DNA of 64,000 nt, taken from the NCBI GenBank assembly GCA_017456545.1, contig JAFTJE010000012.1:8829-72828 (forward strand), written 5' to 3'. Positions 23,116 to 34,201 of this stretch are shown here, piece after piece. Numbering within the stretch: position 1 is the first letter of the stretch; each line of letters opens with the position of its first letter. A program made the position numbers and the translations under genes. This DNA is from Clostridia bacterium (lineage in GTDB: Bacteria > Bacillota > Clostridia > Oscillospirales > CAG-272). A model generated the notes under the pieces. The model had not been told where the DNA came from. It did not search any database and saw only the letters and a list, made by a program, of their open reading frames with translations.

Positions 23116-24215
23116 TATATTCTTCTTCCTTCCTTGATTCTTATCATATTTTCATTATAGCTGTCAAAAACAGAGGGCTCACAGGTGGTTATAATAACCT
23201 GCTTATTATCAATGCTTGATAAAATATATTGCTTTCTTCTCTCATCAAGCTCCGATAAAACATCGTCAAGCAGAAAAACAGGATATTCCCCCGTATATTC
23301 CCTGCTTATTTCTCCCTCTGCCATTTTCATAGCCAGTGCAAGGGACCTCTGCTGTCCCTGGGAGGCATAAAGTCGGGAATCTCTACCGTTTATATCTATT
23401 TTCAAATCATCCTTGTGTATACCGTAAAGGGTGGAGCCGTATTTAATCTCCCTTTCCCTGCTTGAACAGTAAAGAGAAAGATATTTTTCCCTTATCTCCT
23501 CCTTACTCCGACTGTCCTTGAGAGAATGGTTGGCATCGTAGGTAACGGTGGGTATTTCCTTACCGTCGGTCATATCCTTGAAAAATTCCTTTACCCAATA
23601 ATCGAGCCTTCTTATATATTCATCTCTTATAATGCTTATTTCTGCCGAAAGGGAGGATAGCTCCTCGGAATAAACATCCAAAAGCTGTTTTATATTGCTT
23701 TCCTCGGATTCCTCTCTTTTAAGTACGGCATTTCTGTTCATTATATAATTGTTATACTTGGCAAGGAGCCTTATATAATTCGGCTTAAGCTGGGATATAG
23801 CCACATCAAGAAAGCTTCTTCTTACAGAAGGGGAATCACTGATAATACCGAGATGGGACGGGCAGAATAATACAGCACGGAATTCTCCTATTATCTCAGA
23901 GGTCCTTGACACCCTTACATTATTTCTGTAAAAGGCTTTTGGCTTACTTTGGGATATTTCTACACCTAAGGTAACAGGACCCGAGGAATTTTCAAATTTA
24001 AGTAGGGAATAGGCAGATTGGGAGCCGAATTTTATAAGCTCCTTATCCTTTGAGGCACGAAAGCTTCTGCCCCTTGCAAAAATATAAATTCCTTCAAGAA
24101 TATTGGTTTTTCCCTGGGCATTGTCTCCGTAAATCACATTGACCCCGTCGGAAAACTCAATAGCTTCACTTTCTATATTGCGAAAGCTTATCAGCTCTGT
24201 GCTTTTTATTTTCAT
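23115..24215 (-). CDS. recF: DNA replication/repair protein RecF
   Basis: FRN, GDNAQGKTN, SQGQQR, LLDDVLSELD. Confidence 0.97.
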   Translation of the reverse strand: MKIKSTELISFRNIESEAIEFSDGVNVIYGDNAQGKTNILEGIYIFARGRSFRASKDKELIKFGSQSAYSLLKFENSSGPVTLGVEISQSKPKAFYRNNVRVSRTSEIIGEFRAVLFCPSHLGIISDSPSVRRSFLDVAISQLKPNYIRLLAKYNNYIMNRNAVLKREESEESNIKQLLDVYSEELSSLSAEISIIRDEYIRRLDYWVKEFFKDMTDGKEIPTVTYDANHSLKDSRSKEEIREKYLSLYCSSREREIKYGSTLYGIHKDDLKIDINGRDSRLYASQGQQRSLALAMKMAEGEISREYTGEYPVFLLDDVLSELDERRKQYILSSIDNKQVIITTCEPSVFDSYNENMIRIKEGRRI

Positions 24216-25360
24216 CAGCTATTCATTCTTATGGGCATTACAAAGTACTTGTAGGTGCCCTCCTCTTTATTTTGGGGCTCTATAAGAACTCCCGAAAAGG
24301 GATTGGAGTAGGACATCTTTATTTCACCGTCATCACATACTCTTATAGCCTCCAAAAGGAATTTACAGTTGAATGCAATTGTAATAGAGCCATCATTTTC
24401 CTTTCTTATATCCAATTCATCATAAACATTACCGTTAGCAGAATTGGTGGAAATGGAAAGAACCTCATCTATTGTAAACTTAACAAAGGAACGGATAGAG
24501 CCGTTTAATCTGTCCTCTACTATAAGGGAGGATCTTTCAAGGGCGTTTCTCAAATCCTCTGCCTTAAGGTAAGTAACTATCTTGTGCTCCTTAGGTAAAA
24601 GTCTTTCATAATTTATATAATCGGAATCTATGGTTTTTGAGAAGAGTGTAAATTCTCCTATTTTGAACACCATATATCTTCTTGTAACCTTGATTTCCAT
24701 GGTATCCTCGGAATCCTTTATCATCTTTATAGCATCCGATAAGGTTTTACCGGGAACTATAAATTTAAGGTTCAAGGAGGAGCCGTCTCTGTTTCTGCTT
24801 TCAAGAGCAACCCTTTTCTCACAGAAGGCAAGACGGTTGGAATCACAGGAAACGATAGTAACAGAATCCTCATCTATCTGGAAATAAGCTCCTGAGAAAA
24901 CAGGTCTTGAATCATTCTGGGCAATGGCAAAGGATATCTTATTAACAAGCTTCTTAAAGAGATACTGGGGTATTACAAAGCCTTTTTCACCCAAAACATC
25001 GGGAATGGAGGGAAAATCTCCACCGGGGAGAGCCTTGATATCAAAGTGGGAAAGACCGGACTCAATAACTGTTTTATAATTGGAGTCTACTGAAACCTTT
25101 ATTTCCCCGTCGGGAAGAGTTTTGATAATCTGCAAGAATTTCTGTGCTTCTATTACACAGTTGCCCTCCTCCAATACTTGGCACTCAAACTGTGTTTTAA
25201 TACCCTTTTCATTATCAAAGGTCTCAGCCTTACATATATTATCAGAGGTACAGTTTAAGTGGAAGCCCTCAAGGGCGGGAATTGCGGTTCTTGAGGATAC
25301 GGTATAAGTAAGAGGGGAAAGATAATTTAATATTGTCTGCTTGTCAAAAATTACGATCAT
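24215..25360 (-). CDS. dnaN: DNA polymerase III beta clamp
   Basis: SRPVFSG, DSNRLA, IVPGK, C-terminal VMPIR; position after dnaA. Confidence 0.95.
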   Translation of the reverse strand: MIVIFDKQTILNYLSPLTYTVSSRTAIPALEGFHLNCTSDNICKAETFDNEKGIKTQFECQVLEEGNCVIEAQKFLQIIKTLPDGEIKVSVDSNYKTVIESGLSHFDIKALPGGDFPSIPDVLGEKGFVIPQYLFKKLVNKISFAIAQNDSRPVFSGAYFQIDEDSVTIVSCDSNRLAFCEKRVALESRNRDGSSLNLKFIVPGKTLSDAIKMIKDSEDTMEIKVTRRYMVFKIGEFTLFSKTIDSDYINYERLLPKEHKIVTYLKAEDLRNALERSSLIVEDRLNGSIRSFVKFTIDEVLSISTNSANGNVYDELDIRKENDGSITIAFNCKFLLEAIRVCDDGEIKMSYSNPFSGVLIEPQNKEEGTYKYFVMPIRMNS

Positions 25361-25781
25361 AATATAATTCCTCCAAAATAAGGTTAAGGTCTATTAATTT
25401 GCCTTTGATTTGAAATTAATTTTCGGTGCTTTTCGAAAAATCTTTTTTTCTTGTTTTTTTTATTTAATAAATAATTAATATTGGCAGTAGCAGGAGTAAA
25501 AGTATTAGGGGTATGGGAAAGAGTTGAAAACTCCGAATTTCCTTACAAATCAAGGGAAAACCTTTTATTTTTATCAACTTTTTAAGGTTGTAAGGTGTGG
25601 AAAAGTATTGACCCTTTTCGACATAAAATTTCTCTTGTTTTCCACAAAATCCCGTTGGTTGATTAAAAGGGTGTGGAAAACTTTTTATTTTTATTTGTAA
25701 AAAACCGTAAAAAGCCTTGATTTATAAGGGTATTTGATAATTTTGAGTAAATGTGAGTTTTCCACAGTTATCAACACTCAG
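25361..25781. other. Probable oriC (dnaA-dnaN intergenic) with DnaA boxes, DnaA-trio-like tract and AT-rich unwinding region
   Basis: TTTTCCACA boxes at 25596, 25638, 25672, 25758 (either strand), TTATCAACA at 25768; on the minus strand degenerate boxes, CCCC, TAC-like trios (~25484-25507), then AT-rich DNA, as in B. subtilis incC. Confidence 0.85.
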
Positions 25782-27161
25782 TTAAATTCCCGAGGTTATG
25801 GTTCTTATAAGCTCACGAATTTCCATAGAGAGCTCTCCGTTGTGCTCCATTTCCTCCTTTATCACCTTTTCCGAGGATATTACAGTGGTTCTGTCTCTGT
25901 TAAGAGCCTTACCTATCTGTCCCTGGGATAGGGAGGTTATGGTCCTTGCTATGTATACACAGATGTGTCTTGCCATAGCTATTTCCATATTTCTCTTGGA
26001 GGAAAGTATATCCTCTCTTGAAATATCGTATTTCTTAGATACGGCAAGGATAATTTCATCCATTCTCTTCTCGTCATTTTCCTTGGTGCTGATAAAATCC
26101 TTGATAGCATTCTTTACTCTTTCTATATCCATCTCACCACCCTCAAGCAGAGAGATAGCACCCAGCTTTTTAATAACTCCCTCCAGCTGTCTTATGGAAG
26201 AGGTTACATTCTCGGCAAGATAATTAAGAGTCTCGGGACTGAGTGTAAGATTGCTCTGCTTAGCCTTCTGCTTAAGAATAGCTACACGGAGGTCAAAGTC
26301 GGGTAGGGAGATATCTGCCATAATTCCGGACATAAATCTTGACTGTAATCTTTCCTCCAGGGTCTTTATTTCCTTGGGAGGTCGGTCGGAGGTCAGAATT
26401 ATCTGCTTGTGCTCCTCGTGGATGGCATTAAAGGTATTGAAAAGCTCCTCCTGAGTAGATATTCTTCCGGCTACAAATTGAATATCGTCTATAAGAAGAA
26501 CATCTGCATTTCTGTACTTGTCCCTGAACTGTATGGTAGTTTTTTTCTGAATGGCATCTATGAGCTGATTTGTAAATTCCTCACCCTTTACATATATTAT
26601 TTTTTTGGTGGGGAAATTCTTTGATATACGGTTTGTAATGGCGTAGAGCAAATGAGTCTTTCCCACTCCCGAGGGACCGTATATAAAAAGAGGATTGTAA
26701 AGATTGTGTATATCCACCGTGTCATAGTCCTTATCGGCTACGGCAAGGGAGGCTGCATTGGCAAATTTATTGGATGAGCCGACCACAAAATTATCAAAGG
26801 TATATTCCAGCTTATAGTTATCGGGAACCGTAGCTGTCTTACCCTCGGTATCCTCTCCTCTCTTCATCTTTTTGAATATTTCTATATTTTCACGGGAGAG
26901 GTCTGCCTCACCGTTTTCACGGGAGGTAATGGATATATCCGGCTTGAAGCCCACTATCTGGAAAAGAGCTCCTGCCAGCTCCTCGGAAAACTGCTTTGCA
27001 ATAATATCTCTTTTAATATTTGTGGGAGTGGTAAATATTACCTCATCGGGAGTTAAGGATATCATTTTAAGGTCACTGAACCACAGCTTTACCACCGTGT
27101 CTGTATGATTGGATTTAAGTATTTGCAAAACATATTCCCATATATTTTCAAGATCTGTCAT
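25782..27161 (-). CDS. dnaA: Chromosomal replication initiator DnaA
   Basis: YTFDNFV, NPLFIYGPSGVGKTHL, LLIDDIQF, TSDRPP, RLQSRF; start placed at ATG 27161 from the RBS. Confidence 0.98.
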   Translation of the reverse strand: MTDLENIWEYVLQILKSNHTDTVVKLWFSDLKMISLTPDEVIFTTPTNIKRDIIAKQFSEELAGALFQIVGFKPDISITSRENGEADLSRENIEIFKKMKRGEDTEGKTATVPDNYKLEYTFDNFVVGSSNKFANAASLAVADKDYDTVDIHNLYNPLFIYGPSGVGKTHLLYAITNRISKNFPTKKIIYVKGEEFTNQLIDAIQKKTTIQFRDKYRNADVLLIDDIQFVAGRISTQEELFNTFNAIHEEHKQIILTSDRPPKEIKTLEERLQSRFMSGIMADISLPDFDLRVAILKQKAKQSNLTLSPETLNYLAENVTSSIRQLEGVIKKLGAISLLEGGEMDIERVKNAIKDFISTKENDEKRMDEIILAVSKKYDISREDILSSKRNMEIAMARHICVYIARTITSLSQGQIGKALNRDRTTVISSEKVIKEEMEHNGELSMEIRELIRTITSGI

Positions 27162-27471
27162 AATTTGTCCTTTCTTAAGAGCTGTAAAGGAAGAGCACTC
27201 CAAAAGATAATATTAACAGCTAAGCCCTTAAAGTTAGATTAAGAATATTATATTTATACATATATAATTATAATATATATCCAAAATATTGTCAAGGTGG
27301 AAAGGGAGATTTTTTCTAAAATAATAACCCGATTTTGGGACAATTTAAGCATATTTTTATTTGCACCTTGAAAATGAGGAAAAAAAAGTATATAATTATC
27401 ATACATAAAAAATCAGAGGGCAGATAAGATAATCTGCCCGATGAATAAAAATACAAGAAGGGAGAGAAGAT

Positions 27472-28836
27472 ATGAAGATATTTATAGTAGGCGGAGGACA
27501 GGTAGGAAGTAACCTTGCCACCTCCCTCGTTGCCGAAATGCATGACATCACGGTTATAGACCCTGACGAAAGGGTGCTGGAATCCATAGGAAGCCGTAAC
27601 GATGTAATATGCTATGTGGGAAACGGAGCCTCCTTCTCCGTACTTCAGTCTGCCGGTATCGAGGAATGTGACCTTATGATTGCCGTAACTCTTTCCGATG
27701 AGGTAAATATGCTTGCCTGCCTCTGTGCCCATAAGCTGGGTGTAAGGCATACGGTAGCCAGAGTGAGAAACGGGGACTATACCTCCCAGCTATATGAGCT
27801 TAAAAAGGATTTGGGACTTACAATGGCTATAAATCCTGAAAAGGCAGCAGCCGAGGAAATAGCGAGAATAATACGCTTTCCATCTGCCTCCCGTATTGAG
27901 CTTTTTGCCAAAGGCAGGATGGAAATGGTTTCCTTTAAGATACCTAAGGATAACCCTCTTGAAAACATGATGCTTAAAAATCTGACAGCCACCCTTAATA
28001 TCAAGGTGCTTGTATGTGCTGTTGACCGTAGAGGAGAGCTTATAATCCCGGGTGGAGATTTTGTAATCAAGGCAGGGGATGAGCTCTATATAACCGGCTC
28101 CCCAAAGGAAATTGAAAGAGCATTGAGAAGAGCAAAGCTCTATGTAAACCCCGTAAAGAATCTTGTTATAAGTGGCGGAGGAAGAATTACTCATCATCTT
28201 TGCGAGGCACTCTCCAAGAAAAACATATCCCTAAAAATTATAGAAAGGGATAATGATAAGGCAGAGGAAATGGCAGCTCTTATTCCTTCTGCTGTGGTCA
28301 TCAACGGAGATTCCACAGATGAGGAGCTCCTTATTGAGGAGGGTATAAAAAATGCAGATGCCTATGTGGCTCTGGGAGAAACGGAGGAGGGAAATATACT
28401 CAGCTCCCTTTTCGCCAAGAGAAACGGAGTCAAAAAGGTAATAGCAAAAACAGACAGTGAAAGAATGGGAGCTATTACAAGAGAGCTTGGTCTTGAGACC
28501 TCTGTGTCACCGAAAACCGTTACCGTTAACAGTATTTTGCGTTATGTCAGGGCTATGGCAGAGAGTGAATCCTGCGAAAACATAACATCCCTTTATAAGA
28601 TTCTTGACGGTCGTGCCGAAATATTGGAGTTTACTGTTGATGAGGCAATTGACGGACTTACGGGAATCACACTAAAGGAGCTTTCATTAAAAAAGAATCT
28701 TCTTATAGCAGGAATAGTTCGTAAAAACGAGGCAATAATCCCGGGTGGTAGCGATTTTATCAGCGTGGGAGATTCTGTTCTTGTTCTGACATCAGGTCAC
28801 TCCTTTACAAGGCTTAGTGACATTATAGAGGGCTGA
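27472..28836 (+). CDS. trkA: Trk potassium transporter RCK subunit
   Basis: Two RCK_N/RCK_C pairs (GGGQVG, GGGRI, IIPGG). Confidence 0.93.
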   Translation: MKIFIVGGGQVGSNLATSLVAEMHDITVIDPDERVLESIGSRNDVICYVGNGASFSVLQSAGIEECDLMIAVTLSDEVNMLACLCAHKLGVRHTVARVRNGDYTSQLYELKKDLGLTMAINPEKAAAEEIARIIRFPSASRIELFAKGRMEMVSFKIPKDNPLENMMLKNLTATLNIKVLVCAVDRRGELIIPGGDFVIKAGDELYITGSPKEIERALRRAKLYVNPVKNLVISGGGRITHHLCEALSKKNISLKIIERDNDKAEEMAALIPSAVVINGDSTDEELLIEEGIKNADAYVALGETEEGNILSSLFAKRNGVKKVIAKTDSERMGAITRELGLETSVSPKTVTVNSILRYVRAMAESESCENITSLYKILDGRAEILEFTVDEAIDGLTGITLKELSLKKNLLIAGIVRKNEAIIPGGSDFISVGDSVLVLTSGHSFTRLSDIIEG

Positions 28837-28837
28837 T

Positions 28838-30280
28838 ATGAACAGAAGAATGATATTTCACATACTCGGTAAGATACTTCTTGTGGAGGCTGCACTTATG
28901 CTCCCCTCCATGGCTGTGGGTCTTATCTATGGGGAAAAGGCAACTCTTTCCTTTATCCTGCCCATGGGGCTTCTGTGCTTGATAGGCTTTCTGCTCACTG
29001 CAAAAAAGCCACAGAACAAGGATATTTATGAGAGAGACGGATTCTTTATAGTGGCGAGTGCCTGGGTGCTCATGTCCCTGTTCGGTGCCCTTCCCTTCTA
29101 TTTCAGTGGCTCCTTTAACTCCTTTATAGATTGCTTTTTCGAGGTGGTTTCCGGTTTTACCACCACAGGGTCGTCGATTTTATCCGATATTGAGGCACTG
29201 CCCTACTGTATATTATTCTGGCGTAGCTTTACCCACTGGGTGGGTGGTATGGGAGTTCTTGTGTTTGTAATGGCTATACTTCCTCTCTCCGAGGAGAGGT
29301 CTATGTACCTTATGCGTGCAGAGGCACCGGGACCCATAGTCGGTAAGCTCGTGCCTAAAATGAAAAGCACAGCAAGAAGACTCTACGGAATTTATATAGT
29401 ACTTACCGTAATTTGCGTTATTTTCCTCTTGGCGGGAGGTATGCCCCTTTTTGATTCTCTATGCCACGCCTTCGGAACCGCAGGTACGGGAGGCTTCAGT
29501 ATAAAGAATAACGGAATAGCCTTTTACGACAGTGCATATATTGAGATGGTGCTGGCTGTGTTTATGCTTATCTTCGGCATAAATTTCAACTTATATTACC
29601 TTATACTTCTGGGTAATATCAAGGAGGTAATTAAAAGCGAGGAGCTTCGCTGGTATCTGGGAATTGTTGGGGTGTCCACTCTTGCCGTTTCCCTTAATAT
29701 TATGAAAACCTTTAAGGGACAATCCTTCAGATATGCGTTTTTCCAGGTGTCATCCATAATTACAACCACGGGCTTTGCCACAACGGATTTTAATGTTAAC
29801 TTCCCGGAATTTTCGAAATCCATTCTTGTGCTTCTTATGTTTATAGGTGCCTGTGCAGGCTCCACGGGAGGTGGCTTTAAGGTGAGCAGGCTTATTATTC
29901 TTATAAAAAGCTTCAAAAAGGAGATAAGAAAGCTCCTCCACCCCAGGTCTGTGACCGTTATAAAGCTGGAGGGAAAGCCGATTAACTCCACTCTTTCCCA
30001 TAACACCTTAGCCTACTTTATGATGTATATAATCATAATGATAGTGTCGGTAATTGCCATATCTGTGGACAATTTTGACTTTACCACCAACTCCACGGCA
30101 GTAATATCCTGCTTCAATAATATAGGCCCCGGTCTTGGCGTAGTAGGTCCTATGGGCAATTTCGGAGGCTTCTCCTGGTTTTCCAAGCTTATTCTGTCAT
30201 TTAATATGCTCTTTGGCAGACTTGAGATACTTCCTATGCTCGTTCTCTTTAATCCCATGGCGTGGAAAAAGAAAAGCTGA
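28838..30280 (+). CDS. trkH: Trk potassium transporter membrane subunit
   Basis: SGFTTTG, GTGGF, TTTGF, NNIGPG pore motifs; FGRLEI. Confidence 0.93.
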   Translation: MNRRMIFHILGKILLVEAALMLPSMAVGLIYGEKATLSFILPMGLLCLIGFLLTAKKPQNKDIYERDGFFIVASAWVLMSLFGALPFYFSGSFNSFIDCFFEVVSGFTTTGSSILSDIEALPYCILFWRSFTHWVGGMGVLVFVMAILPLSEERSMYLMRAEAPGPIVGKLVPKMKSTARRLYGIYIVLTVICVIFLLAGGMPLFDSLCHAFGTAGTGGFSIKNNGIAFYDSAYIEMVLAVFMLIFGINFNLYYLILLGNIKEVIKSEELRWYLGIVGVSTLAVSLNIMKTFKGQSFRYAFFQVSSIITTTGFATTDFNVNFPEFSKSILVLLMFIGACAGSTGGGFKVSRLIILIKSFKKEIRKLLHPRSVTVIKLEGKPINSTLSHNTLAYFMMYIIIMIVSVIAISVDNFDFTTNSTAVISCFNNIGPGLGVVGPMGNFGGFSWFSKLILSFNMLFGRLEILPMLVLFNPMAWKKKS

Positions 30281-30507
30281 TAATAAAGATTCTCTTTTTC
30301 TTCGGGCACAAAAGCCTTACATTAGTCAAAGGTACGGAAAAGCTGTACATTATAAGCCTTCGCCTTAAGGTAAAGAAAAAGCACACATAAAACAGCCACA
30401 GGGTCTGCCCTGTGGCTGTTACTGTTAATTGTAAAATAAAATTATATGTTGAAATTTACCTTTGATTGTGATAGAATAGCTACATCATTTTGTAAGGGGG
30501 TGTGTCT

Positions 30508-31224
30508 ATGAATAAAGAGAAAAACAAAGGGGGCGTTAAAATAAGGGCACTAAAGCATGCCTTCCCGAAAACTCTCCCCATACTTGCAGGCTTTTTGTTT
30601 CTCGGCATGTCCTACGGATTCTATATGAGAGCCGAGGGCTTTCCCTTCTATTTCCCCATACTTATGAGCATTGTTATTTTCGGTGGCTCCCTGGAGTTTG
30701 TGGCTGTGAGCATGCTCCTTTCCCTATTCTCCCCCGTAACAGCCTTTTTTATGGCTCTTGTAATACAGGCAAGGCACTTATTTTACGGAATTGCCCTTCT
30801 TGACAAATATAAGGGCACAGGAAAAAAGAAGCCGTATCTTATTTTCGGTATGTGCGATGAGAGCTTTTCCATAAACTGCTCGGCAGAAATTCCCGAGGAT
30901 GTGGATAAGGGATGGTTCTACTTCTTTGTAACCCTGCTTAATCAGTCCTATTGGGTCCTCGGTGCATCTCTCGGCTCCCTGGTTGGCAGCCTTGTAGCCT
31001 TTAACACTGAGGGCATAGAGTTTGTTATGACAGCTATGTTCATTGTCATATTCCTGGAAAATTGGCTTAAAGAAAAGCAACACATATCCTCCCTTATTGG
31101 CGTTATTGCCTCTGTTATTTGCCTCCTGCTCTTCGGTAAGGATTCCTTCCTCATTCCTGCTATGGTGTGCATTGTTCTTCTTCTCTTTGCCTTCAAGAGA
31201 CCTATTGGGAGGTGTGAAAAATGA
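30508..31224 (+). CDS. azlC: AzlC-family branched-chain amino acid exporter
   Basis: FGGSLEF, ARHLFYG, DESF. Confidence 0.88.
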   Translation: MNKEKNKGGVKIRALKHAFPKTLPILAGFLFLGMSYGFYMRAEGFPFYFPILMSIVIFGGSLEFVAVSMLLSLFSPVTAFFMALVIQARHLFYGIALLDKYKGTGKKKPYLIFGMCDESFSINCSAEIPEDVDKGWFYFFVTLLNQSYWVLGASLGSLVGSLVAFNTEGIEFVMTAMFIVIFLENWLKEKQHISSLIGVIASVICLLLFGKDSFLIPAMVCIVLLLFAFKRPIGRCEK

Positions 31225-31547
31225 CACTTACCCAGCAATTTATAACAATTGGCTTGTGTGCCGTGGCAACAATGCTGACAAGATTCCTCCCCTTTCTTGT
31301 GTTCTCGGGAGACAGGGAGGCACCTAAGCTTGTGCAGTACATAGGAAAGGCTCTGCCCGGTGCTATTTTCGGTATGCTTGTGGTATATTGCCTGAAGGGA
31401 GTGTCTGTTATTTCCTTCAGCTACGGTCTTCCGGAGCTTATTGCCATATGCGTGGTTGTTCTTATCCACCTGTGGCAGAGGAAAATGCTTCTCTCCATCG
31501 CCACAGGCACCGTCGTCTATATGCTCCTTGTACAGCTTGTATTTTAG
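31221..31547 (+). CDS. azlD: AzlD-family subunit
   Basis: [27 protein letters not shown]. Confidence 0.88.
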   Translation: MTLTQQFITIGLCAVATMLTRFLPFLVFSGDREAPKLVQYIGKALPGAIFGMLVVYCLKGVSVISFSYGLPELIAICVVVLIHLWQRKMLLSIATGTVVYMLLVQLVF

Positions 31548-31642
31548 CTCCCGTATAATAATTTCAGCGACAAAAGGCTCCCTTAAGACTCCTGCTCTTG
31601 TGCAGGGTCCCTGTGGGAGCTTTTTTATTGGTTTCCGGGTAT

Positions 31643-31855
31643 AATACCATGCGACAGTCGCATGGTACGGAGAAGGATATGCGTTTTTAAGCCTTCACCT
31701 TGAGGTGAAGGCAGAGTTAAAAACCCGTTTGTGGGTAGCAAGTAGCAAATGTGTGGCTGGCAGGCCAATTCTTAACGCACTTGTGCGTACCCGGTAATGT
31801 CTAGGGGCTATGCCCGAAAATGAAATACCCCCCGTTTTACGGGGGGATATTTATT
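31643..31855 (+). mobile_element. Non-autonomous (MITE-like) derivative of the IS200 at 41064-41765
   Basis: Left hairpin ACCATGCGACAGTCGCATGGT; 31723-31855 closely matches IS right end 41634-41765; no transposase. Confidence 0.8.
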
Positions 31856-31861
31856 TTGTGA

Positions 31862-32317
31862 TTATATTCTGTGCTCTGCACCGATAAGACGGTCACCCAT
31901 ATAGGTGAGCTTCAGCGTAAAAAATTCCTGCTCTGTGTCTAAAAGGTCGAGGAAAACCTTATCGCCCTCCCACAGGGGAAGCTCCTTGACCCTCGGCTTA
32001 TCAACCCAGCACAGCTCCCCTTCGGGACAGGAGGAAAGCTCCCCTGTAAATTCCGTGCAGGTGAAAAGATGCATAAGCTCAGTTTCGTATTTGTCCGACA
32101 CAAAGGTCACAAGACCTCTGTATTTTGGCTTTATAAGGGTAAGCCCCGTCTCCTCGTAAGCCTCTCGGATTACGCAATCAAAAGGGCTCTCCTTCTCCTC
32201 AAAATGACCTCCGACACCCAACCACTTGCCGTCGTTACCGTCGTTTTTACGGCTTGCCTTACGGAGCATAAGATAGGCTCCGTCCTTTTCTATATAACAA
32301 AGAGTTGTGTTCTTCAA
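31862..32317 (-). CDS. Nudix hydrolase (MutT-like 8-oxo-dGTPase)
   Basis: GGHFEEKESPFDCVIREAYEETGL Nudix box; WEGD. Confidence 0.88.
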   Translation of the reverse strand: MKNTTLCYIEKDGAYLMLRKASRKNDGNDGKWLGVGGHFEEKESPFDCVIREAYEETGLTLIKPKYRGLVTFVSDKYETELMHLFTCTEFTGELSSCPEGELCWVDKPRVKELPLWEGDKVFLDLLDTEQEFFTLKLTYMGDRLIGAEHRI

Positions 32318-34017
32318 TTGGCAATTTTCCTCCAGACTGAGGCGTTCTCTTTTGTAAGACTTTTTGCATTTGCTTCCGGGTCTGTAACATCAACCTTAAT
32401 TGTATCCTGGCTGTATCGACCTTCAAAGTATTTCCACTGAGTGCTTGTGTCCTCGAAGTGTATTTTGGTAAGACTGTCACAGCCTTCAAAGGCACTGCTT
32501 GAAATAGTATGAACATCGGAGGGAACGGTAAACTCCTTATCGGTCCTTCCTGAGGGGTAAACCACAAGGACTGTTCCGTGCATTGAGTATACTACTCCGT
32601 CAACCGATTTGAATGTGTGATTGAGAGGGGAAACATTTATTGACTTTACCCGACAGTATTCAAAGGATGATTGATTCAGTGTTTCCAAAGAAGCAGGTAA
32701 TGTTACAGTATCCAGATTTATACAACCGGAGAGCATATCATGGGGTAAGGACTTAACTCCCTCCGGAACGGTAATGCTTTTTATTTTGCAGGAGTGAGTG
32801 TTTATATAGTCAAATGAGGGTAGGGATAGATTACCGCTGAAAAATACATTTTTGCCGATTGCATATTTGCACCCTGCCTCCTCGAAGGTTGGCAGAGTGA
32901 TTTCTGTTTCGCTTCCTATGTAGTTAAACAGCTCACCGTTATAAATCTGAAAGCCCTTTACTGTGGTTATAACACCGGGAGAATCAAGACTTGTATGCAC
33001 AACGGGTGCAAGGTCCGTCATATCCACAGAGGACAGATTATATATCTCCTTGAGCTTCGAGGAGCCAAGAAACGGACTGTCAACCGATATAACCGAGGAG
33101 GGGATTACTACCGAAGCCAGAGCAGATTCTCCTCCAAAGGCTCTGATTCCCAAGGATTCCACTCCCTTTTCGAGGGTCAGGCTTTTAAGAGATACACAGC
33201 CTTCAAAAGCACCGTCCTCCACTGTCTTTATGTTGGAGGGTACCGTAACGGAGGTTAGGCTGTAGCAGTGATAAAAGGCACGGGTGGAAATTTTACTTAA
33301 CCCCGAGGGGACAGTAATATTTTCAAGGGAATAGCAACAGAAGAAGGCTGAATCCTCCAAGGTATTTAAGCCCGAGGGCAGATTTATGCTTTTTAGTGAA
33401 TAGCAGTTTGCAAATGCTTTGCTTCCGATACCGGTCAGGCTCGAGGGTAGATTTATGCTCTCCAATGAATAACAGCCGTCAAATGCGTGTGCTCCTATAT
33501 CAATTACGCCGGAGGGCACACTGAATTCCTTTAGGCTTCCGCATTCTGCAAAGGCGTATTCTTCTATTGTAAGCAGACTTGATTGCTGATCAATACGAAC
33601 ACTTGTAAGAGAGTTACAGCCATAGAAGGCGTTGGACGGAATGGTGATTACCTTGGAGGGGATATTTACGGATTTAAGCTTTTGACATCTTGAAAAGGTG
33701 TCGGGAGCAATTGTGGTCACCGATTCGGGAATTGTAACCTCTGTAAGGTTTTCAAGGGGCAAAAAGGATATCGCTGTTACAGGCTTTCCCTTATATTCGG
33801 CAGGTATATTCAAATTAGTTATCCTTGAAGCAATCTTGCTGTCCAAATCGGCAGCAACCGTGTACGATGCATCATCATCATTTAGTATAAAATCAAGGAC
33901 ATCCATAGAGCTGTCATCATCCTCATCGTCATCCTTGTCCGAATTACAGGAAATTAAGGCAAGCGAGCAGGAGACAGCCATCAATATTAAAAGTAAAAGG
34001 GTAAGTAGCTTTTTCAT
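32314..34017 (-). CDS. BspA-type leucine-rich-repeat lipoprotein
   Basis: Signal peptide with LISC lipobox; repeated AFxxCxSLxSIxLPxxLxxI. Confidence 0.88.
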   Translation of the reverse strand: MKKLLTLLLLILMAVSCSLALISCNSDKDDDEDDDSSMDVLDFILNDDDASYTVAADLDSKIASRITNLNIPAEYKGKPVTAISFLPLENLTEVTIPESVTTIAPDTFSRCQKLKSVNIPSKVITIPSNAFYGCNSLTSVRIDQQSSLLTIEEYAFAECGSLKEFSVPSGVIDIGAHAFDGCYSLESINLPSSLTGIGSKAFANCYSLKSINLPSGLNTLEDSAFFCCYSLENITVPSGLSKISTRAFYHCYSLTSVTVPSNIKTVEDGAFEGCVSLKSLTLEKGVESLGIRAFGGESALASVVIPSSVISVDSPFLGSSKLKEIYNLSSVDMTDLAPVVHTSLDSPGVITTVKGFQIYNGELFNYIGSETEITLPTFEEAGCKYAIGKNVFFSGNLSLPSFDYINTHSCKIKSITVPEGVKSLPHDMLSGCINLDTVTLPASLETLNQSSFEYCRVKSINVSPLNHTFKSVDGVVYSMHGTVLVVYPSGRTDKEFTVPSDVHTISSSAFEGCDSLTKIHFEDTSTQWKYFEGRYSQDTIKVDVTDPEANAKSLTKENASVWRKIAN

Positions 34018-34201
34018 TTTTGCTCTCCTTCTATTATTTCTATATTTATATTTTATCATTGTGTTGCAGCTTTGTCAACATATCACTTCTCTGAGGAGAG
34101 CATATCTGTAAAATATGAGAAAATAGCAAAAAGCGACCTGCAATAAAGCAGGTCGCTAAACAAGATTATGCCTCGGACAGGAAAAGCCTGTCTGGAGAGG
34201 G

